64,000 nucleotides of DNA from Nitrospirota bacterium (lineage in GTDB: Bacteria > Nitrospirota > UBA9217): NCBI GenBank assembly GCA_963840455.1, contig CAWIYV010000010.1:160001-224000 (forward strand), in the 5' to 3' direction. Of the stretch, positions 10,604 through 19,622 are shown piece by piece. The stretch's first letter is position 1; each line of letters starts with the position of its first letter. Below the pieces are notes generated by a model. It worked only from the letters and a program-made list of their open reading frames with translations, did not search any database and was not told the DNA's origin. The translations under genes and the position numbers were made by a program.

Positions 10604-10623
10604 GAGATGATGCTTCCTAAAAG

Positions 10624-11712
10624 GTGGTAGATATGGACCACAACGAAATTCGCCATAAGCTGTCGGAATACATCGACGGCGCAGTCACGCCGCAGGAGCG
10701 CTCTGCTATCGACGAGCATCTCAAGACCTGCACGACCTGTTCCGATGCCCTGGCCGAGCTACAGAAAACCATCGAGCAGGTAAAGCAGATCGAAGAGGTC
10801 GAAGCGCCGGCCTGGATGACCCAGAAGATCATGGCGAACCTACGGGCAGAGGCTGAAGGGAAGAAGGGTTTATTCAGCCGGCTGTTCTATCCCCTTGCCG
10901 TGAAGCTGCCGATCCAGGCAGCCGCCGTGCTCTTCCTGACAGTCACTGTCTACTATATATATAGCAGTATGCATCCTGCTGATACATATACGGGGGCACC
11001 CATGGGTCGGCTCGCGAAACAGGAGGCGCCGGCTAAAGCACAGGACGCTGCCAAACGCAGGGTGCCAGAAATCTCTGCAGAGCGGGAGAAGAAGGTCGAA
11101 CAGGAACCTGGTTACAAATCCCTCGATATGAAATACGAATACGAGAAGCCCGCGCCGCCGGTACCGGCTTCTCCCGAAGCAGGGATCATGACTGCCCGCG
11201 ATGAATCAGCTGCATCAGCGCCGGCAAAACGCACCGCAGAGGAGCCGGCAAAGGACAAGTATTCCCTTGAGAAACGCGCCATGGCCCCGGGGGCGGCTGC
11301 ACCGTCAATGATGGCGGAGCAGGCAGCACCGAAAGCAGGCGCTGTCCAGCATCCCGAAGCCGAACGGAAAGCACTATCCGGTAAAGGACAGGACAGGAGC
11401 ACTCTCTCAACGGACCGTGAGGCTGATGCTCTGCTTGATATCACCGAGCATTTCGCAAAGAACGATCTCCCCGAGAACATGAAGGTAAGGGGCCTGCGCT
11501 ATGCCTCCCGGAAATTCGAGAAGGACCTCGCGGACCTCCGGTGGATGCAGGTGACGAACGCTTATCGGTCCAGGCCCTGCATCAACAGATATGTGGTAGA
11601 TGTCGACCTTTCAGGGAGACCGTCAAAGTACCTCTACTGCTATGACCACTCCCGCATCACGCTCCTTGGTGTCTTCGAGCTCAACAACGGCACCTGGTCT
11701 GAAATAAAATAA
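10624..11712 (+). CDS. Zinc-finger (zf-HC2) anti-sigma factor, DUF2275-like
   Basis: LSEYIDG...HLKTCTTC (HxxxCxxC), one TM segment and an Ala/Pro-rich periplasmic tail. Follows the ECF sigma gene. Confidence 0.85.
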   Translation: MVDMDHNEIRHKLSEYIDGAVTPQERSAIDEHLKTCTTCSDALAELQKTIEQVKQIEEVEAPAWMTQKIMANLRAEAEGKKGLFSRLFYPLAVKLPIQAAAVLFLTVTVYYIYSSMHPADTYTGAPMGRLAKQEAPAKAQDAAKRRVPEISAEREKKVEQEPGYKSLDMKYEYEKPAPPVPASPEAGIMTARDESAASAPAKRTAEEPAKDKYSLEKRAMAPGAAAPSMMAEQAAPKAGAVQHPEAERKALSGKGQDRSTLSTDREADALLDITEHFAKNDLPENMKVRGLRYASRKFEKDLADLRWMQVTNAYRSRPCINRYVVDVDLSGRPSKYLYCYDHSRITLLGVFELNNGTWSEIK

Positions 11713-11721
11713 CCCCGCACG

Positions 11722-11750
11722 GGAACTTTTCCGGAACCTCCATTGTCCAA
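11722..11750 (+). promoter_or_regulatory. ECF sigma promoter for the DUF4139 gene
   Basis: GGAACT-N17-GTCCAA, the same geometry as 9811-9839. Confidence 0.6.
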
Positions 11751-11817
11751 TGCCCAGAAGCGGGAAACTGGCAGCACCCGCAATATCGGGCAGAGCCCGG
11801 ACAACAGGAGGTTCCCT

Positions 11818-13266
11818 ATGGTTACCCGGTCCATCGCATCCTTCGCAGCAGCATCCCTGCTCTTGAGCAGCACCATCTTCGCCGCACCGCCGAGCCATGA
11901 CAAGCTGCAGGCCGTGACCAGCACCCTCGATGACCAGCAGTCCGTCAGCCTCACTATCTACAACACGAACCTCGGCCTCGTGAAGGATCAGCGGCAGCTC
12001 AAGCTGCCCAAGGGCGTCAATGAGCTGCGGTTCATGGGCGTTGCCTCCCAGATCATTCCTACGAGCGTGCACATCAAGTCCCTGGTCAACTCCGACAGTC
12101 TGCTCGTGCTGGAGCAGAACTACGAGTACGACCTCCTGAACCCGCAGAAGCTCCTTGACAAGTATGTGGGCAAGGAGGTGAAGCTCTTCACGAAGAATCC
12201 CTATACGGAGCGGGAAGAGGTCGTGACCGCGACGCTCTTGTCGAACAACGGCGGCCCGATCTTCAAGATCGGCGATGAGATCACCTACGGCCATCCCGGA
12301 CGTGTCATCTTCCCGGGCGTGCCCGTGGACCTGATGGCAAAACCAACGCTTGTCTGGCTTGCCGAGAACAATCTTCTGAACGGTCAGAAGATCGAGGCGT
12401 CGTACCTGACGAACGGCATCAACTGGCGATCGGACTATGTCGTCACCCTGAACGACAAGGACGACAAAGCGGACCTCGCGGGCTGGGTGACCATCGACAA
12501 TAAAAGCGGTACGACCTATCGGAACGCGAAGCTCAAGCTCGTGGCTGGTGACGTGAACCGGGTGAAGGACGAGTTGGAGTACAAACGCGGGATGCTGCAG
12601 GTCGCAGAGATGGCCGCAAAGGCGGCTGCGCCGCAGTTCAAGGAGGAATCGTTCTTCGAATACCACATCTACACGCTCCATCGACCGGCCACGGTGAAGG
12701 ACAACCAGACCAAGCAGATCAGCCTGGTCCAGGCGGACACCATCGCGGTGAAGAAGGAGCTCCTGTACCGCGGCGCGAGCTACTATTACCGCAGCCGCTA
12801 TGGCGAGGCCATGTCGAACCAGAAGGTCGGCGTGTTCGTGGAGATCGAGAACCGCGAGAAGAACCACCTGGGCATCCCGCTGCCCAAGGGAACCGTGCGC
12901 GTCTACAAGCAGGACAGCAGCGGAAGCCTGCAGTTCGTGGGCGAGGACTCGATCGACCACACGCCGAAGGACGAGAAGGTGCGCATCAAGCTCGGCGATG
13001 CCTTTGACGTGGTGGGCACCCGGAAACAGACCGACTGGAAGAAGATCGCCTATGACACGTACGAAGCGGCCTTTGAGATCTCTCTCCGGAACCACAAGAA
13101 TGAGGACGTGGTGGTGAAGGTCGTCGAGCCGATCCCCGGAGACTGGAAGATGCTCTCGGCGACCCACGAGTTCACGAAGAGCGAAGCGTTCACCGCCGAG
13201 TTCCAGGTGCCGGTTCTGAAGGATGGGGAGACGAAGGTGAGCTACCGGGTGAGGATGAGATATTAG
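11818..13266 (+). CDS. DUF4139 domain exported protein
   Basis: Signal peptide, SLTIYNTNLGLVKD, EQNYEYDLL, YLTNGINW, LPKGTVRVY and FVGEDSIDHTP. AGGAGG RBS. Confidence 0.8.
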   Translation: MVTRSIASFAAASLLLSSTIFAAPPSHDKLQAVTSTLDDQQSVSLTIYNTNLGLVKDQRQLKLPKGVNELRFMGVASQIIPTSVHIKSLVNSDSLLVLEQNYEYDLLNPQKLLDKYVGKEVKLFTKNPYTEREEVVTATLLSNNGGPIFKIGDEITYGHPGRVIFPGVPVDLMAKPTLVWLAENNLLNGQKIEASYLTNGINWRSDYVVTLNDKDDKADLAGWVTIDNKSGTTYRNAKLKLVAGDVNRVKDELEYKRGMLQVAEMAAKAAAPQFKEESFFEYHIYTLHRPATVKDNQTKQISLVQADTIAVKKELLYRGASYYYRSRYGEAMSNQKVGVFVEIENREKNHLGIPLPKGTVRVYKQDSSGSLQFVGEDSIDHTPKDEKVRIKLGDAFDVVGTRKQTDWKKIAYDTYEAAFEISLRNHKNEDVVVKVVEPIPGDWKMLSATHEFTKSEAFTAEFQVPVLKDGETKVSYRVRMRY

Positions 13267-13353
13267 AAAAGCAGGAGATAGAGGTCAGGGCCAGGGGCCA
13301 GAGACAGAAGAAACAGCTGTATACTTCTCACCCCTGACTTCTCACCGCCTCTA

Positions 13354-14421
13354 TTACATCCACTTCTTCCTCCGGAAATAAAAGTACATGCCGACGCCGA
13401 TGGAGGCCATGATGAACCAGATGAAGTAGTATCCGTACTTCCATTCCAGCTCGGGCATGTGTTTGAAGTTCATGCCATACACGCCGGCGATGAAGGTGAG
13501 CGGCATGAAGATAGTGGCGATGATGGTCAGGACCTTCATGATAGCGTTCAGCTTGTTGCTGACGCTGGCAAGGTAAATGCCGATCATCTCAGACAGGATC
13601 TCGCGGAAGATCTCGACCGTGTCGATGGCCTGCACAACGTGGTCGTAGACATCCCGCAGATAGGGCACCGTGGAGTCCCTGATGAGCGTGGTCTCGCGCC
13701 GCGTCAGGGCGCCTGCAAGTTCGCGCACAGGCCAGATGGCCCTGTGCAGGAGCAGCAGCTCGCGCTTCAGACTGTAGATCATCTTGGCCGTGCTTTCCGA
13801 AGGCTCGGCGATCAGCTGGTCCTCGGCAAGGTCCACCTTCTCGCCGAACTTCTCGAGCACGATGAAGTAATTATCCACGATGGCGTCGAGGAGAGCATAG
13901 GCAAGATAGTCGGCGTCCATCTTCCGGATCTTGCCTTTGCCCGTCCGGATGCGTTCCCGGATGGGGCTGAACACGTCGCCCTCGATGCCCTCCTGGAAGG
14001 AAAGCACAAAGTTCGATCCCAGGATGAGGCTTATCTGCTCAGAAACGATTGCGCCGTTCTTCGGGTCCGGGGACAGCATCTTGAGCACAACGTAGATATA
14101 GTCGCCGAAGTCCTCGGTCTTGGGCCGCTGGTCCGTGCTCATGATGTCCTCCATCACCAGCCGGTGCAGGCCGAAGCACTCGCCGAGCTTTTCGAGGATC
14201 CGGGCGTCGTGCACGCCCTCGACATTGACCCAGGTGACCGTGGGCTTGTCGCGGTACGGGATGCACTGATCGACCGTGGTGAGCTCCTGTTCAGCGACCT
14301 GCTGATCGTCGTAGTCCATGACCGAGATCTTGATTACGCCACCTTTCAGGTCGCCGGTGTACACCAGTGATTCGGCGGGAAGACCCGCTTTTTTTGTTCT
14401 TTTTTTCGTTATGAATCGCAT
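13354..14421 (-). CDS. corA: Magnesium/cobalt transporter CorA
   Basis: KAGLP, QRPK and YGMNFKHMPELEW (GMN signature). Confidence 0.95.
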   Translation of the reverse strand: MRFITKKRTKKAGLPAESLVYTGDLKGGVIKISVMDYDDQQVAEQELTTVDQCIPYRDKPTVTWVNVEGVHDARILEKLGECFGLHRLVMEDIMSTDQRPKTEDFGDYIYVVLKMLSPDPKNGAIVSEQISLILGSNFVLSFQEGIEGDVFSPIRERIRTGKGKIRKMDADYLAYALLDAIVDNYFIVLEKFGEKVDLAEDQLIAEPSESTAKMIYSLKRELLLLHRAIWPVRELAGALTRRETTLIRDSTVPYLRDVYDHVVQAIDTVEIFREILSEMIGIYLASVSNKLNAIMKVLTIIATIFMPLTFIAGVYGMNFKHMPELEWKYGYYFIWFIMASIGVGMYFYFRRKKWM

Positions 14422-14435
14422 GGTTCTGGCACCGG

Positions 14436-15290
14436 TCACTGGAACTCTGCCAGCGTCCTTTCGAGCTTCGACCTGTCGAACTGCTCCAGCTTCACCAGCG
14501 GTTTCCCGCCGAGGACCGGAAGGCGCTCTTCGAAGGTCGGCCGGTCGTGCCGATAGATGATGCCGAGCGGAATGCGGTCGCCCCACTCCAGCGCCTTTTC
14601 AAATGCTTTGACGCGGTCTGTCGGATCATGTTCCGGACCAACCTTGTAGACCCGCTGGCGGTACCAGTCGTAGGTGTTCACCTTATTGAAGGACACGCAG
14701 GGCTGGAGGATGTCCACGAGCGAGAACCCCTTGTGGTTGACCGCCGCCTTCACGATGCCCTTCAGGTGCTCCGTATCGCCGGCAAAGGCCCTGGCCGCGA
14801 AGCTGCAGTCCAGCGCCACCGCGAGCGCCATGGGATTGAACTGGCCGGAGATCACGCCGAATGGCACGTTCTTCGTCACCATGCCCTCGCCCGTCGTAGG
14901 CGACGGTTGGCCCTTGGTCAGCCCGTAGATCTGGTTGTCATGGATGAAGATATTGATGTTGATGTTCCTGCGTATCGCTGCCATCAAGTGGTTGCCGCCC
15001 TCGCCATAGCAGTCTCCGTCGCCGGTCGTGACGATCACGGGCATCTCGTGGTTCGCCAGCCGGATGCCTGTGGCGACCGGAAGCGCCCGTCCGTGCAGGC
15101 CGTTGAAGGTGTTTCCTTTCGTGTAATGAGGGAACTTCGCCGCCTGGCCGATGCCGGACACAAGCATATAGCGATGGGGCTCGATGCCCAGCTCCGCCAT
15201 GGCGTCCTTGAACGTCTTCAGGATGGGGAAGTTCCCGCACCCCGGGCACCACTCAGGGACCAATCCTCGATATTCCTCTGATGTCGGCAT
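14436..15290 (-). CDS. 2-oxoacid:ferredoxin oxidoreductase subunit beta
   Basis: WCPGCGN, LHGRALP, GDGD and NQIYGLTKGQ (TPP-binding motifs). Confidence 0.95.
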   Translation of the reverse strand: MPTSEEYRGLVPEWCPGCGNFPILKTFKDAMAELGIEPHRYMLVSGIGQAAKFPHYTKGNTFNGLHGRALPVATGIRLANHEMPVIVTTGDGDCYGEGGNHLMAAIRRNININIFIHDNQIYGLTKGQPSPTTGEGMVTKNVPFGVISGQFNPMALAVALDCSFAARAFAGDTEHLKGIVKAAVNHKGFSLVDILQPCVSFNKVNTYDWYRQRVYKVGPEHDPTDRVKAFEKALEWGDRIPLGIIYRHDRPTFEERLPVLGGKPLVKLEQFDRSKLERTLAEFQ

Positions 15291-15411
15291 AGTGCTCTCC
15301 TCGAGAAAATCTGAAAACGCCTTAACAAATGTAAAAAATCCTTCCCGCGGTGCCCTATTACTTGGCTCACGGTATTCTTCGTGCTGCCAGACCTGTTCCG
15401 ATCTTTGCTCC

Positions 15412-17142
15412 TTATGGCTTCTTGATCATCCCTTTCAGGTTCTCCACCAGCGATTCCACGGTGAAGGGCCTGCCGTCGTACTTGTTGAGCAGGGCACCAA
15501 ACTCGTAGCCCGTCTCGGTCTTCATCAGCCGCGCGAATTGGCCCGTGGCATTCTGCTCGACGCAGATAGTGAGCCTCGCGCCTTTAAGCAGCCCCAGGTA
15601 GTCGAGCTTCTCCGTGCCCGGGAAAGGATAGATCTCGCCGAAATGGAGCATGGCGACGCCGTAGGACCTCGACAGCTCGTCAACAGCCTCGCGCAGAAGA
15701 CCGTACAGCGAGCCCCATCCGGCGATCACGATGTCAGGGCCGTGTTCCCCGTACAGGAATGGCGGCGCGATCTCCTCCTGCATGTGCGGCAGCTTCGAGA
15801 ACATCCTCTTCTCCACCATCTTGATGCGAATATTTGCGTCTTCCGTGATGTGGCCGTCCTCACCGTGCTCGTCGCTGTCAGTCACCACCAGGTGCCGTGC
15901 GTCACCCGGCACGGCCAGCGGGCTCACGCCGTTCGAACTGTAGGCGTGGCGCTGGTAGCTTGCCAGCTTCTGGAACGCATCTCCCCGGAGGCGGTAGTCA
16001 GTGTTCCGGATCCTCTCCAGGTCGAACCCGCGGGAGGTCCACTGCGTGTCAGCAAGATAGGTGTCGAAAAGAACGAAGGCCGGGACCTGGTATTTCTCGG
16101 TAAGGTCAAAGGCCTTGTTGGTCAGGAAGAAGGCCTGCTCGGGCGTGCCAGGCGCGAAGATGAACCGGGGGAACTCACCATGCCCTGCATGAAGCGCCAT
16201 GTGGAGGTCTGCCTGCTCCGTTTTGGTCGGGAGGCCCGTGGCAGGGCCCGGCCGCTGGCCCAGGGCGATCACGACCGGTGTCTCGGTCATCGCGGCAAGG
16301 GATACCCCCTCCACCATGAGCGCGAACCCGCCGCCGGAAGTCCCGGTCATGGCGCGCACGCCCGCGAAGGACGCGCCGAGGGCCATGTTGATGGCAGCGA
16401 TCTCGTCCTCGGCCTGCTCCACCACAATGCTGTATTCCTGCTCCTTTCCCGCCAGGTAGTTCATGATGCCGGTGGAAGGCGTCATGGGGTAGGCTGAGTA
16501 GAACTTCACGCCTGACGCCAGGGCGCCTAGGGCGATTGACTCGGATCCTCCCACCAGCATGCGCGGTCCGGCCTTGTCGTCAACATTGACGGCAAAGTTG
16601 CACTTGAGGCAGCCCTTGATCGCATGGTCGTACCCGGCTAGCGCTGCGTTCCGGTTCGCCGTGACAACCTTCTCGCCTTTTTTCCTGAAGATCTCGTCGA
16701 TGATCCCCATCAGGAAGCCGAGGTCCATGTTTAGCATGCCGAGCACCGCGCCGGTGGCAACGGTGTTTGCCATGATCTTGTCGCCGCCGTGCTCTGTGGC
16801 GAGCCTGGAGAAGGGAATATCGAGGAACGCCTGCTTGTCGTGCTTCTCCTTGAGCGTGTCCGCATCGTAGATGATCTGGCCCCGTGGCGTGAGTTCGTGC
16901 TCGTGGAGCTGGATGCTTTCCTTATCAAGGGCCACGATGATGTCAACCGCCTCCTTCGGCGCCATGACCGGCTGGTCAGCGAAGCGGACCTGGTAGTAGT
17001 TATGGCCGCCGCGCACGCGGGACTCGTAGTCCTGGTTCGTGAAGACATGGAACCCGGCGCGGGCGAATACATGGCCCAGTGTATCGCCGATCGTCTGGAT
17101 GCCCTGACCCGCCTCACCGCCGATCTTGATCGTATAGTCCAT
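15412..17142 (-). CDS. 2-oxoacid:ferredoxin oxidoreductase subunit alpha (gamma-alpha fusion)
   Basis: GGEAGQG, YPMTPST, EDEIAA, TSGGG, QRPGPATGLPT and EQNATGQ. Confidence 0.95.
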   Translation of the reverse strand: MDYTIKIGGEAGQGIQTIGDTLGHVFARAGFHVFTNQDYESRVRGGHNYYQVRFADQPVMAPKEAVDIIVALDKESIQLHEHELTPRGQIIYDADTLKEKHDKQAFLDIPFSRLATEHGGDKIMANTVATGAVLGMLNMDLGFLMGIIDEIFRKKGEKVVTANRNAALAGYDHAIKGCLKCNFAVNVDDKAGPRMLVGGSESIALGALASGVKFYSAYPMTPSTGIMNYLAGKEQEYSIVVEQAEDEIAAINMALGASFAGVRAMTGTSGGGFALMVEGVSLAAMTETPVVIALGQRPGPATGLPTKTEQADLHMALHAGHGEFPRFIFAPGTPEQAFFLTNKAFDLTEKYQVPAFVLFDTYLADTQWTSRGFDLERIRNTDYRLRGDAFQKLASYQRHAYSSNGVSPLAVPGDARHLVVTDSDEHGEDGHITEDANIRIKMVEKRMFSKLPHMQEEIAPPFLYGEHGPDIVIAGWGSLYGLLREAVDELSRSYGVAMLHFGEIYPFPGTEKLDYLGLLKGARLTICVEQNATGQFARLMKTETGYEFGALLNKYDGRPFTVESLVENLKGMIKKP

Positions 17143-17368
17143 AGGTCAGCCTCTTTTTAGCCGCGAATTTACACCCATTGGCAAGAACGAAAAACTGAGA
17201 AACTAACGGCAAACCTTCTCACTGCAGAGGACGCAGAGGAGATCAAAACAAGAAAAGGATAATGCAGGAAAATATCATTGAGGCAACAGCTTTTTCCTAC
17301 CTTCCTAACATCCTATCCTCGTACCATCATCAAGCGGTGAATATCGTTTTGCCACGCTTGAATGCCGC

Positions 17369-17710
17369 TTATTCAATCTCTTCCAGCTTCAGCTCCCTGC
17401 TTCCGAGCAGATGGGCGAGGAGCGCGAAACCGCCGCAGGGCGCTGCTGTGCCGCCGCTCAACACGAAATCACAGTCCGCCTCGCGGAACGCGCAGGCTGT
17501 GCACACGCGGGCCTTCAATCCCTCAAGGGTGCGCGCGTCCGGCTTCACCGAGATCCCGGGTCTTTCCTGGGACAGTTGCCTGCCTTTCTTGATGAGCCCA
17601 TGGACCACAACGAAACCCTGGCATTCGAGATCTTCATTCCTGCCCGGTTTGTAGTATTGGCAGAAGTTAACGCAGAGCGTTGTGTCCTTTTTTGCTCTTT
17701 TTCGAGACAT
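17369..17710 (-). CDS. Small Cys-rich hypothetical protein divergent from the radical SAM gene
   Basis: CVNFC..C and CTAC...C...C (7 Cys). TATAAT lies 6 nt upstream of ATG 17710. Confidence 0.7.
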   Translation of the reverse strand: MSRKRAKKDTTLCVNFCQYYKPGRNEDLECQGFVVVHGLIKKGRQLSQERPGISVKPDARTLEGLKARVCTACAFREADCDFVLSGGTAAPCGGFALLAHLLGSRELKLEEIE

Positions 17711-17758
17711 GGGCATATTATAACAAAAAATCTAAGAACCATCGTGTATAATTGACTC

Positions 17759-18901
17759 ATGGGCTTTCATCTCACCAGACAGACAGCTCTCAAGTGGCTC
17801 GAAGCACCCTCGGTGTACCAGATCGCCCGGGACGAGGTCTATGAACTGGACGATGATTCCTTCCGCTTCCTCACCTCCTGTGCCTCCGAGGAAGGATGCG
17901 ACAATCGGGACAGCGCCTTCATCGACTACTGCCTTGAGGAGGGTCTTTTGACGCGGGAAAAGGTCGTGCTCAAGCGTCCGCACCTCAAACCTTCTCCGGA
18001 CCCTTCGCTCCGCTATCTTGAGCTGCAGCTGACCAGCCGCTGCAATCTCCGCTGCAGGCACTGTTACATCGGCGACGACACGCCCCGGGAGCTGAGCTCG
18101 GTCCAGGTCCGGGCGGTGTTGAAGGAGTTCGAGGAGATGCAGGGCCTGCGTGTGCTGCTCACCGGCGGCGAGCCCCTCCTCCACTCCCGGTTCGATGAGA
18201 TCAACGAGATGCTCCCCGACTTGTTCCTCAGGAAGGTCCTGTTCACCAACGGCGTCCTGCTCAAGAAGGACGTGCTGAATCGCCTCAAGGTCCACGAGAT
18301 CCAGGTGAGCATCGATGGTATGGCGGCAGCGCACGACGCCCTTCGCGGCGCCGGTACATGGGACGTCGCGCTCGACGCTGTGCGACGCGCCCTGGACGCC
18401 GGATTCGAGGTCTCGGTCTCGACCATGGTCCATGCCGGGAATCTCGGCGATTTCGATCCCATGGAAAAGCTCTTTAAATCACTCGGCATCAAGGACTGGA
18501 CCGTCGACGTGCCCTGCACCGCAGGGAGGCTGAGGGACAACCGTGAGCTGACGGTCAGTCCCGAGGTGGGCGGAAAATATCTCGGCTACGGATATGGCGG
18601 CGGGATGCACGCCACGGGACCGGGGTATGCCTGCGGCCTGCATCTCATGGCCGTACTGCCCGACGGCACCGCAGCGAAGTGCACCTTCTATGGGGACCGG
18701 TCAGTCGGCACCATCGGCGAGGGGCTTCATACCTGCTGGCAGCGCATCCGTCCCGTCAGGCTCGATAGCCTCGATTGCAGGTGCGAATATCTCGAAGCCT
18801 GCCGCGGCGGATGCCGGTACCGCGCAGAGCTCCTGAAAAATCCCCAAGGGAGGGACCTGTACCGCTGTTCGCTCTATGGGGTCATTGACAAAGCAGGATA
18901 G
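17759..18901 (+). CDS. Radical SAM/SPASM domain protein (putative peptide maturase)
   Basis: CNLRCRHC, TGGEP, FTNG and VSIDG, followed by SPASM-type Cys (CG..CTF..CRCEYLEACRGGCRYRA..DLYRC). Carries a ~80-aa N-terminal extension. Confidence 0.9.
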   Translation: MGFHLTRQTALKWLEAPSVYQIARDEVYELDDDSFRFLTSCASEEGCDNRDSAFIDYCLEEGLLTREKVVLKRPHLKPSPDPSLRYLELQLTSRCNLRCRHCYIGDDTPRELSSVQVRAVLKEFEEMQGLRVLLTGGEPLLHSRFDEINEMLPDLFLRKVLFTNGVLLKKDVLNRLKVHEIQVSIDGMAAAHDALRGAGTWDVALDAVRRALDAGFEVSVSTMVHAGNLGDFDPMEKLFKSLGIKDWTVDVPCTAGRLRDNRELTVSPEVGGKYLGYGYGGGMHATGPGYACGLHLMAVLPDGTAAKCTFYGDRSVGTIGEGLHTCWQRIRPVRLDSLDCRCEYLEACRGGCRYRAELLKNPQGRDLYRCSLYGVIDKAG

Positions 18902-18913
18902 AATTGTTACTAT
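18885..18913 (+). promoter_or_regulatory. sigma70 promoter of the small peptide gene
   Basis: TTGACA (18885-18890), 17 nt spacer, TACTAT (18908-18913). Confidence 0.75.
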
Positions 18914-18941
18914 TCAATCAATGATGAAAGGAGGAGGCACC

Positions 18942-19004
18942 ATGTCCATTAAAAAGGTAGCAAAGACCGCGGCAACGACGTGCAAGTGCAAAAGCTCCTG
19001 CTAG
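18942..19004 (+). CDS. 20-aa Cys-rich putative RiPP precursor MSIKKVAKTAATTCKCKSSC
   Basis: AGGAGGAGG RBS just upstream of the ATG, plus its own promoter and terminator. Starts 40 nt after the rSAM/SPASM stop codon. Confidence 0.75.
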   Translation: MSIKKVAKTAATTCKCKSSC

Positions 19005-19034
19005 CAGCACGCGACATCGCGCTCCAAACAATAC

Positions 19035-19070
19035 GAGCTCGGGAATATCTTCCCGAGCTCTTGTTTTTTT
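19035..19070 (+). terminator. Intrinsic terminator after the peptide gene
   Basis: GAGCTCGGGAA-TATC-TTCCCGAGCTC (11-bp stem) followed by TTGTTTTTTT. Confidence 0.85.
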
Positions 19071-19079
19071 CTGACATGA

Positions 19080-19235
19080 ATGGGGCTGCGGGAGCCGTCA
19101 CCGCCCACCATCGTCGACGAGCCGTAGGGAGAGCCCCCGGTGATCTCGCCGACGGTAATCTGCCGCTGCTCCGAAGCGGTAGATATGGCCGTACATGCTG
19201 TAGAGGGCGACTTGGACCTTCGCCTTGTCCGTCAT
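19080..19235 (-). pseudogene. wrbA: Internally deleted WrbA (NAD(P)H:quinone oxidoreductase) remnant
   Basis: MTDKAKVQVALYSMYGHIYR (WrbA N-terminus) is joined out of frame to SEQRQITVGEITGGSPYGSSTMVGGDGSRSP (WrbA C-terminal motif). Confidence 0.75.
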
Positions 19236-19507
19236 GCCACCTTCCTCCCGAACTCCTCCCGCGCCTCGAAGTTCCCTACGAACTGGTCCACCTTGATGCC
19301 GAGGTGCAGGCAGCGGATGTTGTTCATGCAGTCATCGGCATCGCTCTTGTCTATCTGGGTGACGAGCTCCTGCTTCCCCCGCTTGAACTTCAGGATGTAG
19401 GCGTTCTTCTCTTCGCTGAAGGTGAGGCCCACGCTCACCTTGTGCTTCTCGACGTCGGGATACATCTCCCGTATCTTTTCCTTTAATGCTACATTAGTGT
19501 ACTTCAT
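19232..19507 (-). CDS. Hypothetical protein
   Basis: 91-aa ORF with a GAGGGGG RBS. Its stop overlaps the wrbA remnant ATG. Confidence 0.75.
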   Translation of the reverse strand: MKYTNVALKEKIREMYPDVEKHKVSVGLTFSEEKNAYILKFKRGKQELVTQIDKSDADDCMNNIRCLHLGIKVDQFVGNFEAREEFGRKVA

Positions 19508-19622
19508 AGAAATCCCCCTCTCTTTTCATGCGCGATAGCACGCGCACATCGGTGCCCCGCTCCGCCATTCGTTATTATCCTGCTTTCGCGAAGCGAAATC
19601 CGCGGTCTGCTCATTTCGTTCC

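Noticed and set aside
11623-13167. Long antisense ORFs (e.g. 11623..13167-, 7069..8370+, 32270..34111+, 47808..49040+, 59885..61063-, 62500..63768-)
   Set aside because: Shadow frames opposite well-supported genes. These are expected in high-GC coding DNA and carry no motifs.
18980-19486. 168-aa plus-strand ORF downstream of the rSAM
   Set aside because: It crosses the terminator and is antisense to the wrbA remnant and the 91-aa gene. The RBS points to the 20-aa ORF instead.
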